Shown: positions 30,686 to 42,234, counted from the first letter of the stretch. The stretch: 64,000 nucleotides of DNA from an uncultured Chthonomonadaceae bacterium (GCA_963835065.1 CAWIEK010000044.1:192001-256000), one strand, 5' to 3'. Numbers and translations are program-made. Notes: generated from the letters alone by a model not told the origin.

Positions 30686-31742
30686 CTAACTTCGGTTTTG
30701 ACGTTGAATCAGCACGGCCACGAGGATAATGCCCGCTTGAACGATCATGCGGGGCGCGATGGGAACGGCGTTCAGGCTGAGAATTTTGTTGATATAAGCG
30801 ATAATCAAGACGCCAAGCAGGGTGAACCCCATGCCGCCCTTGCCGCCCGACAAACTGGTTCCTCCGATTACGACGGCGGCAATGGCGTCCAATTCAAAGG
30901 AAACGCCCGCTTCCGGGTCGCCGATGTCCTGTCGGCAGGCGTTCACGATGCCCGCAATGGCCGCAAAGCACGAACACAGGGCATACGTCAGCAGTTTTAC
31001 GCGCGCCACATTGATGCCGCTCAAGCGCGCCGCGCCCTCGTTGCCGCCAATCGCGTACAATTTGCGCCCATACGAGGTACGGCTGACCACAACCGCCATA
31101 ATCGCCAGCAGGATAAGAAACAGCAACGCGGCGGGCTTGATGCCGATACCCGGCCAGGCCTGACTCAGCCAGCGAAAAAAAGGCGGCGTATCCTGCGTAA
31201 GTTTGTACCAGGGCTGCGCGGCGGGCTGCACCTTGATGCCGCCCGAAATCAGCTTGGCAAGCCCGCGCGCTCCGGTCATCATGGCAAGCGTGGCGATAAA
31301 CGGCTGCATCCGAAAGCGCGAAATCAACAGCCCGTTGACCGCGCCCGCCGCCAGTCCGAACAGAGACCGTCAGGGCAACGGCGGGCGCAATGCTCCAGCC
31401 GTAGCCAATCGTCAGCAGCGCGAACAGCGTTGCCGCGCAGCCTAAGACGGAGCCGACCGACAAATCAATGCCGCCGGTCAAAATCACCAGCGTCATGCCG
31501 GTTGCCAGCAGGCCGTATTCGCAATACTCGTAGAGAATATCCAGTTGTGTGCGTGGCAGCAGGAAAATGGATGTATTGGAGCCGCGAACATGCGGCGTGA
31601 AGATGCACCCCAGGATGAAAACAAACACAAACGCGAACAATCCGCGATACTGGTCTAATCCCTGCCAACGGCTGCGCCTGCCTTGTTCCGCGCTTTGCGC
31701 CAAGCCCTGCGCCGTATTTGGTTCCGTGCCTTCTGCGGCCAA
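30686..31742 (-). CDS. Sugar ABC transporter permease (RbsC-like; frameshift near 31365)
   Basis: GGIDLSVGS in one frame; PFIATL, AIGGN and ELDAIAAVVIGG in the next. Confidence 0.9.
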
Positions 31743-31912
31743 GATGCGTTCTCCTAAAATGACTTTTGCAGGATGGTCATGCTGACCGATACGCCGCCGA
31801 ATGGCGCGCATGAGGATTGTTCGCCAAAACGCCTGCCAATTCCTCCTGATTGTCATAATTCAGCAGAAGGATAGCGGCACAAAGCGGCGAAAAACAAACC
31901 GGAGGGAAGTGA

Positions 31913-32299
31913 TTACCAGAGGCGAATGACATTGTAGCGGTCAAACATGACATCGGCGCTGACGATGGGCATCGGTTCTACCAGGCCTTGCGCAATAAGG
32001 AGGCGATCAAACGGGTCTCGATGATGAAACGGCAATGTCGCCACATGCAGCGCGTGAGGCAGGCGCACAGGCAGCAGTTGTATGCCGTTGCGCTGAAGTT
32101 GGTCGGGAATGAACACGTCTAATGGCTGTGGAAAAGACAGTTTGCCGATGCTGACTTTAATTGCCATTTCCCATACGCTGACAATGCTCAAGTAGCTTTG
32201 GTTATCCACATCTTCAATAGTATCGGCGGCAGTGGAACTCAATTGTGGATTGTCCAGAACAAACCACAAAAAGCTATGCGTATCCAGGAGGAGATTCAA
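31913..32299 (-). CDS. VapC/PIN toxin
   Basis: LLLDTH, SVWE.AIK and HRDPFDRLLIAQ. Confidence 0.93.
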   Translation of the reverse strand: MNLLLDTHSFLWFVLDNPQLSSTAADTIEDVDNQSYLSIVSVWEMAIKVSIGKLSFPQPLDVFIPDQLQRNGIQLLPVRLPHALHVATLPFHHRDPFDRLLIAQGLVEPMPIVSADVMFDRYNVIRLW

Positions 32300-32526
32300 G
32301 GCATGTACTCCTTGAAATCGTCCAATGGCGCATCGAAATCATCGGCAATATAAACGTTCATGCCCTTTGCGCTGCCGCGTTTTGGATGTATCGGCATCTG
32401 CGGCAACATAACCAGCCGGGCAACCGGCTGACAATCGCGCGTGATAACGACTTCTTCGCCCGCTTCGTGTTCGGCAATCAGTTGCGGCAGGCGTAAAGCC
32501 GCTTCCTCCAATGTGATCTGCTGCAT
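32296..32526 (-). CDS. Phd/YefM-DUF2281-like antitoxin
   Basis: GEEVVITR and GSAKG..DDFDAPLDDFKEY; overlaps the toxin. Confidence 0.88.
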   Translation of the reverse strand: MQQITLEEAALRLPQLIAEHEAGEEVVITRDCQPVARLVMLPQMPIHPKRGSAKGMNVYIADDFDAPLDDFKEYMP

Positions 32527-32564
32527 GATACTTATCCTTATGATGAAACGTTATGATGAAACGT

Positions 32565-32708
32565 TTACATCACGTAGCCTTGTTGCCTGCCCCAATCCAG
32601 CCAGGCTTTTTGCGCCCGTTCAAAATTGTCGAGCGGACCCGTTGGAGTTTCCCCGGTAATGTCGGCAAGCGCTCGGAACCAGTAACCGGGCCGGAGTTCC
32701 AGTTCGCG
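32565..32708 (-). pseudogene. Stranded 3' half of a paralog of the 32841-33173 gene
   Basis: RELE.RPGYWFRALADITGETP...AWLDWGRQQGYVM* versus RELQ..DHWFWALNAITGEDP...AWLQWGKARGYLT*. Confidence 0.8.
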
Positions 32709-32840
32709 TTCCCACCATTGTTCGGCATCTCCTGCCGCCTATGCAATACAGTTGTACGCTCGGGTCCGGGGGCTTGTTACGTGGTAGTCGTCTGTCGCAA
32801 GGTTCGGGAACAAACTTTCGAGAAAAGGGTCGGTTGCCAT
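32709..32840 (-). pseudogene. 5' fragment of a YNCIAWA-motif partner gene
   Basis: FPNLATDDYHVTSPRTRAYNCIA*AAGD...WW, with a frameshift and a TAG at the expected Trp. Confidence 0.65.
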
Positions 32841-33173
32841 CTACGTAAGGTATCCCCGCGCCTTTCCCCACTGTAACCATGCTTCACGCGCAGCCGCCAT
32901 GTTGTCATCCGGTTTCGCAGGGTCTTCACCTGTAATCGCGTTCAATGCCCAAAACCAATGATCGAGACTATTTTGCAGTTCGCGCAATATCAAGGGGAGT
33001 GCCGGTTTGCCCATGCCGATAATTCGCTGATAAGCAGGATGCATTGCCATCTTATGAACAGAAGACAGCATGATTGTCTCTCGCCGCCACCAATCCACAA
33101 GCGCGGCAAAGTCGTGTTCCAGGTTCTCATGCGATGAAATAGTTGGGGAAAGCGGGGCTTGCAGTGTTGTCAT
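32841..33173 (-). CDS. Conserved hypothetical helical protein (HPAYQRIIGMG family)
   Basis: MAMHPAYQRIIGMGKPALPLILREL..WFWAL..ITGEDP. Confidence 0.8.
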   Translation of the reverse strand: MTTLQAPLSPTISSHENLEHDFAALVDWWRRETIMLSSVHKMAMHPAYQRIIGMGKPALPLILRELQNSLDHWFWALNAITGEDPAKPDDNMAAAREAWLQWGKARGYLT

Positions 33174-33240
33174 GGCTATAGTCCTGTGTAGACCTGAAAT
33201 ATAAAACCTGAACCGACTGATTGGCAGCGGCTCAGGCTTT

Positions 33241-33269
33241 ATTATAACAAAAGATAATGGGCGCGTCAA
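33241..33269 (-). promoter_or_regulatory. Sigma70 promoter
   Basis: TTGACG-17 bp-TATAAT on the minus strand. Confidence 0.7.
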
Positions 33270-33300
33270 TGACGCTATTGGCGCTCGCTTGTGGCGGAAC

Positions 33301-33366
33301 TTACGCCAATGCCTTTTTGATGAGTGTGCCGCCGTTCGCGGTCAGGCGTTGGCAGCGGCCACTGTA
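33301..33366 (-). repeat. Direct-repeat copy of the DUF1501 3' end
   Basis: 61/66 nt identical to 34108-34173 by manual alignment, including the stop codon. Confidence 0.92.
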
Positions 33367-33454
33367 AGGAACTATGCTATACTATCACAGGATTTTGGAG
33401 GAAAGACGTGATTGCACAACACGAAAACTTTATCAAGGATAAGGAGGAAAAGCA

Positions 33455-33691
33455 TTGAAGACGATGCCTGCGTCGGAAGACATTATCGCTATGCTGGCGA
33501 GCGCACCAAAGGTTCTGGAGTTCACCCCCTCAGACGAGGCTAAAGCGCGCGTCTGGGATTTGGTAGCTCGTGAAAAGGCCGGTTTGCTGACGGAAGACGA
33601 GCGCAGTGAACTGGACCACTACGCGCAACTGGAACATATCATGCGACTGGTAAAGGCAAAGGCGCGGCAGAAACAGGCGACGGCAGAATGA
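33455..33691 (+). CDS. Small antitoxin-like protein
   Basis: AGGAGG RBS with TTG start; LLTEDERSELDHY..LEHIMRLVK; ATGA overlap with the HNH gene. Confidence 0.75.
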   Translation: MKTMPASEDIIAMLASAPKVLEFTPSDEAKARVWDLVAREKAGLLTEDERSELDHYAQLEHIMRLVKAKARQKQATAE

Positions 33692-34095
33692 GCGTGACGT
33701 ACATTCCGCAGGCGTTGCGTCGCGCTGTTCGGGAACGCGCGGCGAATCGTTGCGAGTATTGCGGCATCCATGAAGACGACACGGAATTTGGATGTGAAGT
33801 GGATCACATCATCAGCGAAAAGCACATGGGCAGGACGGAACTGGACAATCTTGCTTTTTCCTGTTTCTTTTGTAATCGCAATAAGGGCAGCGACATTGGT
33901 TCGGTGCGCTCGTCCGAGGATTCGGAGATTATTCGCTTTTTCAATCCACGCGCGGATGTCTGGTCAGAACACTTCGCTTTCGATGCGCGGCGGCACATAG
34001 TCCCCGCAACAGATATTGGGCGCGTGACCGCGCGGATTTTTGGTTTCAATGCGGAAAATCGTCTTTTAGAGCGTCAGGCGCTTGAGGAAGAATAA
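33688..34095 (+). CDS. HNH endonuclease (TA-like module)
   Basis: CEYC, VDHIISEKH, NLAFSCFFCNRNKG and FNPR. Confidence 0.92.
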   Translation: MSVTYIPQALRRAVRERAANRCEYCGIHEDDTEFGCEVDHIISEKHMGRTELDNLAFSCFFCNRNKGSDIGSVRSSEDSEIIRFFNPRADVWSEHFAFDARRHIVPATDIGRVTARIFGFNAENRLLERQALEEE

Positions 34096-34107
34096 AGGCG
34101 CGGGGAA

Positions 34108-35599
<1,492 letters not shown>

Positions 35600-35633
35600 A
35601 AATGGCTCCCAAAAAGCGGTCATTGGCAATGGT

Positions 35634-35713
35634 AAGCGTCCTGCGGACGCAAACAAACAGCAGCATCGCGTCTGTAGGACGCTTGTTTTGTGCTGCCGGG
35701 GATTTTATCCCGG
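35634..35713. repeat. Bipartite REP-like element, second copy
   Basis: AAGCGTCCTGCGGACGC/GCGTCTGTAGGACGCTT plus CTGCCGGGGATTTTATCCCGG. Confidence 0.65.
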
Positions 35714-35726
35714 AAAAATTTTTAAT

Positions 35727-36092
35727 TTAGACATGGGGTTGGCGTGGATGTTGCAGGGGAATCAGAGCGCGGGAGATTTTATGCGGATGCTGGAGTATCA
35801 GCGCTTTGGCATGAGCCTGCCGCGCGAGCATGGTATAAATGCTGACATGGCCGCGCGTTTCTGCCGATTGTGACGAGTGTTCATACGCGGGCACATTGGC
35901 GTCAATCCAGGCGAGTTGTTCCGTCGCTATGTGTTCCACTTGCGATACGCGCCCCACATCGCCCGCGTCCCCCGCGCAATGCAGCGCGGCGGCCAGCGCA
36001 TGGTAGGCCGCGCTATAATACGCGCCGTCAAAAGCCGCCCGGTGCAGGCTCATCAACTGTTCGTACATCCCGGTCAGGGTGCTGTCAGACAT
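35727..36092 (-). CDS. Small His-rich hypothetical protein coupled to cheR
   Basis: AAYHALAAALHCA...EHSSQSA..RGH; 8-nt overlap with cheR, GGAG RBS. Confidence 0.7.
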   Translation of the reverse strand: MSDSTLTGMYEQLMSLHRAAFDGAYYSAAYHALAAALHCAGDAGDVGRVSQVEHIATEQLAWIDANVPAYEHSSQSAETRGHVSIYTMLARQAHAKALILQHPHKISRALIPLQHPRQPHV

Positions 36093-38163
36093 TGTTACTC
36101 CTCGCGCCGCGAACAGGTTTGGCCTTGCCTGCTGGCGTTGCTGTCGGTGCGTTGCGTATGTCGCCTGCGTGATGCCCGTCACCGTCTGCCTGATGGTCGT
36201 TTCCGTCCGCATAATGCGCGTCACTATTTGCGTATTGACCGTCATGCCCGTCTGCCCCGTGAACAGCGCCATCCGTCCGGCCATCCTGGTCCGGCATGGC
36301 GGGCATTGCGCCGCTTTCCACGTCTTGCATAATTAAAATCACGCCGCGAATGTTTTGGCTGCGATCTATAAGCGGCGTGGTGTTTACCTTGCATCGGATC
36401 GCGCGGCCCCGGCGGTTGTTGGCATCCAGCGTGACGGTTTCACCGCGCGAGATGCCCGACAGACACGCGCGTATTTGGGGAATCAGCATTTCCACCGGCA
36501 GCCCGATGTCCAGGCCCATGAAATTTTTGCCTTCCACTTCAGCGTTGCGTAATCCCCACATCTCTTCGGCCTGAATGTTCCATTTTTGGACGCGCATGTC
36601 CGCGTCAATCACGGCCACGCCGCCCCACAGGCTGCTGAGAATGGCTTCGGTAAACTCGCTGATTTCGGTGAGTTCCATGCTGCGCTGCCGCAGTTCCTCG
36701 TTCATGGTCTGCAATTCCTCGTTGGCGGATTGCAGCTCCTCGTTCATCGTCTCCATCTCTTCATTGGTGGACTGGAGTTCTTCATTGGTGGTTTCCAGTT
36801 CTTCCGCGCTGGCCTGCAATTCTTCGTTGGTGGTTTCCAGTTCTTCCGCCGCCGACTGCGCTTCCTCATACGCGGCGGACAGTTCGCGGTTGGAGGCTTC
36901 CAGTTCTTCCTGCAGGCGCTTGTAGCGCGTCACGTCCTGAAAAGTTATACTCACGCCCTGCGCATCCGCCTGAACGGACGCAAGCGGCACGAGCTGCACG
37001 TCGTAAAAGGTGATCTCGCCTTCACTGCCGCGAAACAGGATTTCCTTGAGCATAACCGGGTAGCGCTCCGCGTTTACCTTGTCAATAAAGGCGCGCAGTT
37101 CCACAGGCCGGTAGGAGAGTTCCAGTTCATAAAAAGGGCGCTGCATGTCGCGGGGCGTCAGGCGAAACAACGAACGCGCCCGCTCGTTTGCCAGCGCCAG
37201 CAATCCCTGATTATCCACGACCACCTGCGCGACAGGCGACGTGTCCAGCGCGAGTTCCGGCAGGCGCGGCGGCAATCCCGTGTGGGAAACGCCCTCTTCC
37301 CCGTTGGCAGGGCTGGCATACGCCATGCGCCCGCGCCCGCCGTTGCCATTGGGCACTTTGGAAAACACGCGCCGCTTCAAATCCACCTGCGCAAACAGAT
37401 GGCTGTTGATAAGCAGGGTTTCGGCCTTGCCCAGAATGAGAAAACCACCGTCGTTGAGCGCGAAATGGAACCGCGCCAGGATACGCGATTGCAATTCGGC
37501 GTTAAAGTACATCAGGGTGTTGCGGCAGACGAGAATATCCAGGCGCGAAATGGGCACGTCATGCACCAGGTTATGCCGTCCGAAGATCACGGCCCGGCGC
37601 AGGTCTTTATGGAGGGCGTAGCGATCCCCCGACTGGTCAAAGTATTTGCTCAGCAGGGCGGGGGGAACCTCGGCAACCTGCGGGGGGGTAAACACGGCCT
37701 GCCGCGCCTGGTTGAGCGCGTCCTCGTCAATGTCCGTCGCGTAAATTTTCACGCGATTGCGAAACTCGTCCATACCCAGCGCTTCGGCCAGCAGAATGGC
37801 GAGCGTGAACGCTTCCTCGCCCGTCGCCCCACCCGCGCTCCAGACGCGAAGGGGCTGTTCCGGCGGGCGGGAAGCCAGGATTTGCGGAATAATGTCGGAC
37901 TGCATCAACTCCCACACGGGCGCGTCCCGAAAGAAGTTGGTGACATTAATGAGCAGGGTGGACAACAGGCGCGTGATTTCTTCCGGGTTGGCTTCCAGCA
38001 CATTCACGTAATCGGCGTAACTTTCCACGCCCGCCGCCTGCATCTGCTTGTCCACGCGCCGCACCAGGCTGGCGCGCTTGTAGCCGGTAAAGTCAAACCC
38101 CCGGCTCCGTTTCAGATAATCCAGCAGGGCTTCAAATTCGGCGTTTACGTTCGGAAGGGTCAA
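36085..38163 (-). CDS. CheR-type methyltransferase with PAS and coiled-coil domains
   Basis: INVTNFFRD, RVWSAG.ATGEE, YATDID, CRNTLMY; (EELxxxN)n heptads; PAS domains. Confidence 0.92.
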   Translation of the reverse strand: MTLPNVNAEFEALLDYLKRSRGFDFTGYKRASLVRRVDKQMQAAGVESYADYVNVLEANPEEITRLLSTLLINVTNFFRDAPVWELMQSDIIPQILASRPPEQPLRVWSAGGATGEEAFTLAILLAEALGMDEFRNRVKIYATDIDEDALNQARQAVFTPPQVAEVPPALLSKYFDQSGDRYALHKDLRRAVIFGRHNLVHDVPISRLDILVCRNTLMYFNAELQSRILARFHFALNDGGFLILGKAETLLINSHLFAQVDLKRRVFSKVPNGNGGRGRMAYASPANGEEGVSHTGLPPRLPELALDTSPVAQVVVDNQGLLALANERARSLFRLTPRDMQRPFYELELSYRPVELRAFIDKVNAERYPVMLKEILFRGSEGEITFYDVQLVPLASVQADAQGVSITFQDVTRYKRLQEELEASNRELSAAYEEAQSAAEELETTNEELQASAEELETTNEELQSTNEEMETMNEELQSANEELQTMNEELRQRSMELTEISEFTEAILSSLWGGVAVIDADMRVQKWNIQAEEMWGLRNAEVEGKNFMGLDIGLPVEMLIPQIRACLSGISRGETVTLDANNRRGRAIRCKVNTTPLIDRSQNIRGVILIMQDVESGAMPAMPDQDGRTDGAVHGADGHDGQYANSDAHYADGNDHQADGDGHHAGDIRNAPTATPAGKAKPVRGARSNNV

Positions 38164-38175
38164 GGAAGTCTCCAG

Positions 38176-38278
38176 TGGTGGTTGGTGGTTGGTGGTTGGT
38201 TGAGAAACTGTCTGCTTTATATCTGCCACAAGCATACAATTCAAGTAAATCACCAGTCACCAGCCACCAACCACCAAT
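38176..38278. repeat. Inverted heptamer arrays (GTGGTTG)n...(CACCARY)n
   Basis: Directly visible between cheB and cheR. Confidence 0.75.
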
Positions 38279-38280
38279 CC

Positions 38281-39411
38281 CTACAGCATGGGAACCGGCG
38301 TTTCGGAGGGTTCCAGGTTTTTGCTGGTTGCGCCGCTTTCGATGAGGTCGCGGATCACGCCCGCGTGTTGGGCGGCAATGCGCGCCTGCTCCTCGAAATG
38401 GCGCGAAGCCTGACCGTGTCCGCGCTCCTGCGCGCGCTCGGCCATCTGGCGCGACAATTTGGATTTGTCAATCAGGGTGCGAACGGCGTACCACATGGAT
38501 TCTTCCAGGGCTTCGGACTGCTGATGCAGCAGGGACTCGGCGCTGAACGCATGGCCGACGTGACAGCGAAACCGGATAAAGCCGTCGTCGTTCATCTGCC
38601 ACAACACGCCGCCGCAATCGGGACACGAGTAAATGCTGGTAACAGCATCGCGCTCCCCGCTGATTTGCGCTTCAGTGTCCCGAAGCACAATGGCGTTGGC
38701 CTGCTGTTCGTCCATTTTGCCAGAATCTTCCGCGCTAAGTTTGTTGGACAAATCATCGGAAGCGGGTGACTGCCCCTCGGTGGACGCGCCATTGCCGGCA
38801 TCAGGAATGGGATGAGACATAAGTGTTTCCTCTTTCTGAGGGCGCGTTTCCAGCGTCAGTTGAACCAGTTGTGAAGCAATCTGCGCAGCCGGCAGCACAA
38901 AATCTGCCGCCACATTGTTGAGGGCGCTGCGGGGCATGTCGCCGAACAGCGCGTCTTCGAGCGACTGCACGATGGCAAGGCCGCCACAACGCTTCACTTC
39001 GATCATTCCCGCCGTGCCGTCATTGAGCATCCCCGACAGCACGACAGCCACCACGCGCTTGCCATACGCCTGCGCCGCCGTCCGAAACAGCGGGTCAATG
39101 GCGGGGCGCGTGTGGTTTTCGCGCGGCCCGCGCAGCAGGCGCATGCGCCCCGGTTCCAGCAACAAATGAAAATCGGGCGGAGCCACATAGATGTGCCCCG
39201 GCACGATCCTCGCGCCGTCTGTGGGCGGCGTGACGGCCAGCGGCCCCCAGCGACTGAGCAGTTCGGGCAGTATGCTGACGCTCGTAGCGGGAATGTGAAC
39301 CACGATGAAAACAGCGGCTGCAAGATCGGCGGGAAATTTGCTGACCAGATGCTTCAGCGCTTCCACGCCGCCCGCCGAGGCTCCAATCGCAATAATGTCA
39401 TGTTCAGGCAT
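38281..39411 (-). CDS. CheB-type methylesterase without receiver domain; C-terminal CPxCGG...RCHVGH extension
   Basis: GASAGG, VVHI, RPAIDPLF and SGMLNDG. Confidence 0.92.
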   Translation of the reverse strand: MPEHDIIAIGASAGGVEALKHLVSKFPADLAAAVFIVVHIPATSVSILPELLSRWGPLAVTPPTDGARIVPGHIYVAPPDFHLLLEPGRMRLLRGPRENHTRPAIDPLFRTAAQAYGKRVVAVVLSGMLNDGTAGMIEVKRCGGLAIVQSLEDALFGDMPRSALNNVAADFVLPAAQIASQLVQLTLETRPQKEETLMSHPIPDAGNGASTEGQSPASDDLSNKLSAEDSGKMDEQQANAIVLRDTEAQISGERDAVTSIYSCPDCGGVLWQMNDDGFIRFRCHVGHAFSAESLLHQQSEALEESMWYAVRTLIDKSKLSRQMAERAQERGHGQASRHFEEQARIAAQHAGVIRDLIESGATSKNLEPSETPVPML

Positions 39412-39513
39412 GAAACGTCCTCTTACTCCATCAACGTCTATCTGATATTCACACAATGTGTAAGTTTTGACGAATTAACGATTAACATTTGTATTGATTA
39501 ACATATATTTATT

Positions 39514-41133
39514 CTACGCAAAAACCCCGGGGGAGGGCGGAACCGTCACGACAATTTTTGTGCCTTTGCCGCTTGCCGTTTCGATTTCCAAATGCCCGTT
39601 GATCCGCTGCGCGCGTTCGCGCATCCCCATGAGTCCGAAGCCCGCTTCCGGCTTTGTGGCCTCCGCGCGAAACCCCTGCCCGTCATCGGCAATGCGCAAT
39701 TGTACCTGCTCTTTTCCATATTCCAGGCACAGGTGGATTTCACCGGCATGGCTGTGCTTGATCGCGTTCGTGATGGCTTCCTGCCCGATGCGCAGCAGAT
39801 CACTCGTTACCTGCGGCGGCAGGGCGCGCGGAGCGCCTTTTATCTCAAACCGGGCGCGCAGGCCGGAAGTGGTCGTAGTTTGGTCTATCAGCGCGGCAAA
39901 CGCGGCGGGCAGATTGTCGTCTTCGAGCAGGGGGGAGCGCATGGCGCGAATGGCCTGCCGCGCTTCCTGAATGCTCTGGGTCGCCACCTGCCGGGCGCGC
40001 TCGATTTGCGCCTTAGCCTGCTCCGGCGAAGCGGGCAGGGCGCTTGCGGCAGTCGAAAGCAGAAACGAGATGCCCGTAAAGCCCTGCGCAAGGGTGTCGT
40101 GAAATTCCTGCGCGATGCGGGCGCGCTCTTCCTGCACCCCCACGCGGTGTTCCTGTTCCAGCAGGCGCTGCTGATCCGCCTGCCTTGCTCGCTCCAAATC
40201 GCGGCGCTGCGTGATGTCGCGCATCAGCCAGCGCAGTTCTGTAACATGATGGGTTTGCGGGTCTCGCGCGGCGGCAACCGTCAACTGCACGTCGTGTCGG
40301 CTATTCTTGCGCGGAAGCAGGCCACCCTCCCAGTCCACGCGCCCCGGCTCATGTCCCATCCGGTTCAGCAGGGCGCGAAAGCCGGCGCGATCTTCCATGC
40401 TGATGTAGTTGGCGAGAATTTTGCCCTTGATATACCCGGTGGAAAGGTTCAGCCGCTTGCAGGCTTCGGTATTGGCCTCGCGGATAATACCGTTCGTGTC
40501 CGTGACCAGATAGCCATCCGTAGCAAACTCGAACAACTCCTGATAGCGCTGCCGCTCCAGTTCCAGTTCCGTCCGCATGATGAGCAGGTCTTCCTGCGTG
40601 ACCTGCAGGGCTTCCATGCTGTCCAGCAGGTCCTCATAGCGCCGACGCAAGTTCTGTTCGCTTTGCCGACGGGCGGAAATGTTGTCGAGGGTGGCAATGG
40701 CGGCGACAATCTCGCCCTGCCCATTGCGCAGGGGCGCGGCGCTGATGCTGACGTAGGAAAGCAGGGCATCCTCGTGCCGATACCGCATCTCCTGCTGATG
40801 TGTTTCGCTTCCCTGCCGCAGGGCGCGCATGACAGGATGCTCTTCCGGCCTGCAAGGCTGTCCATTTTCGCCGAGAAAATGCTGCCATACATACGCTTCG
40901 GCAGGCGCCTGGCGGCCCTCCCCAATCGTCAGACGCAGCAGCCGCGCGCAAGCCGGGTTGCAGTAAGCGACTTTCCCGGAGGGGGCAAGGGCGATGAGCA
41001 GCGCGGAAGGGATGCGCGTGACGATCTCGCGCCAGCCTGCCACAGCGAGTTCCGCTTCGTCACAGGAAACCGGAGCGAACAGCGCGGGCAGAAGCGCATC
41101 AGGCAGCGGCGATAAATTTTCGGTTCCGTTCAC
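39514..41133 (-). CDS. Soluble PAS-PAS HisKA_3 sensor histidine kinase
   Basis: ERARIAQEFHDTLAQ, QEAITNAIKH, DDGQGF and GFGLMGMRER. Confidence 0.92.
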   Translation of the reverse strand: MNGTENLSPLPDALLPALFAPVSCDEAELAVAGWREIVTRIPSALLIALAPSGKVAYCNPACARLLRLTIGEGRQAPAEAYVWQHFLGENGQPCRPEEHPVMRALRQGSETHQQEMRYRHEDALLSYVSISAAPLRNGQGEIVAAIATLDNISARRQSEQNLRRRYEDLLDSMEALQVTQEDLLIMRTELELERQRYQELFEFATDGYLVTDTNGIIREANTEACKRLNLSTGYIKGKILANYISMEDRAGFRALLNRMGHEPGRVDWEGGLLPRKNSRHDVQLTVAAARDPQTHHVTELRWLMRDITQRRDLERARQADQQRLLEQEHRVGVQEERARIAQEFHDTLAQGFTGISFLLSTAASALPASPEQAKAQIERARQVATQSIQEARQAIRAMRSPLLEDDNLPAAFAALIDQTTTTSGLRARFEIKGAPRALPPQVTSDLLRIGQEAITNAIKHSHAGEIHLCLEYGKEQVQLRIADDGQGFRAEATKPEAGFGLMGMRERAQRINGHLEIETASGKGTKIVVTVPPSPGVFA

Positions 41134-41452
41134 GGTGGTAACATCCTCCCGGCACGAAAACCGCCTGGGTAAACGGAAGAGGGCGCGTAAGAAGCAAGCG
41201 TGTCAACAGGATAACAAATAATCCTATATGCGTATACTACCACAATCTGACGGGGGCGTCCGGCTTGATTTCGGTTGATAGTTCCTCATCATCAGCAAAT
41301 CAGGTATGCTATCACTGCAAGCGCAACTTGCAATGGCTAAACAGTTGACAGTTGATAGTTCGTAGTTGATAGGAATGCAGAAACTACGAACTTTCAGTCC
41401 TTCGCCGTTTAGTTCACCCGAATTGAATTGATGTGGCAGAGGAGCGGCCCGT

Positions 41453-42220
41453 ATGACGACACACGAACGGCACGACACCCACGAGGAAACAAACAGCGCG
41501 GTTATGTTTGGCACGGTGCGCCTGCTGGAACGATTGGACAACTGGGCGCACGTTATTGTAGCCGCCTTTTTCATCCTGATGGCGTCCACCGTGATTATCC
41601 ACATGGGCTTTATTTTCCTGCGCCAGCTTCCTTTAATTGCGCCCGCGTCCACGAATACGGAAGCCCGAACGCAGATGGAAACGGTGGTCGCGCCCCATTC
41701 CGCCGAAGCCGTCAAGAGCAGCTCCGGTTCGGAAATCACGGCGGAACATCCGGCGGAAACCGGTACGGAACATCCGGCGGCAAGTGGGACAACCCGGGCG
41801 TCCGCGCATGGCGAAACCATGCCTACCAGGTCCGGCGGCGAGTCTATGAGCGCGGCGGGCGAACATGCGGTGGAAACGGCAGACCCGTTCGTCAAGAACA
41901 GCCTGGAACTGCTGAGTAACATCCTCTTCGTGGTCATTCTGCTGGAACTGCTGCGCACCATCATCACGTACCTGCAAACACACGATATTCAGGCCATCAT
42001 GCAGGAGTTCCTCGTGGTCGGCATTATCTCCAGCGTCCGCAAAATCCTGCTCGTCGGCGCGGAAGCCTCCCTGAGCAGCAACAAAAGCGTGATGGAATTC
42101 ATTCAGGAGTCTACGGGTGTCGTGATAGACATACTGGGCATCCTGCTGCTGATTCTCGGCCTTGTCCTGCTCAAACGCGCCTTCGGCAACAAAGTGAAGA
42201 AGGAACTGGAAGACGTCTAA
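41453..42220 (+). CDS. PsiE-family membrane protein with a His/Glu/Ala-rich insertion
   Basis: ILLELLRTI...FLVVGIISSVRKIL. Confidence 0.75.
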   Translation: MTTHERHDTHEETNSAVMFGTVRLLERLDNWAHVIVAAFFILMASTVIIHMGFIFLRQLPLIAPASTNTEARTQMETVVAPHSAEAVKSSSGSEITAEHPAETGTEHPAASGTTRASAHGETMPTRSGGESMSAAGEHAVETADPFVKNSLELLSNILFVVILLELLRTIITYLQTHDIQAIMQEFLVVGIISSVRKILLVGAEASLSSNKSVMEFIQESTGVVIDILGILLLILGLVLLKRAFGNKVKKELEDV

Positions 42221-42234
42221 ATCTGTTTGGGACG

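Noticed and set aside
31773..31900. Possible further stranded gene tail (LLLNYDNQEELAG...AYRSA*)
   Set aside because: No parent gene identifiable in the window
36586..38769. Long antisense ORFs (also 5248-7074, 10543-12252, 39592-41115, 43540-45177)
   Set aside because: Shadows of real genes in GC-rich DNA, with no motifs or RBS
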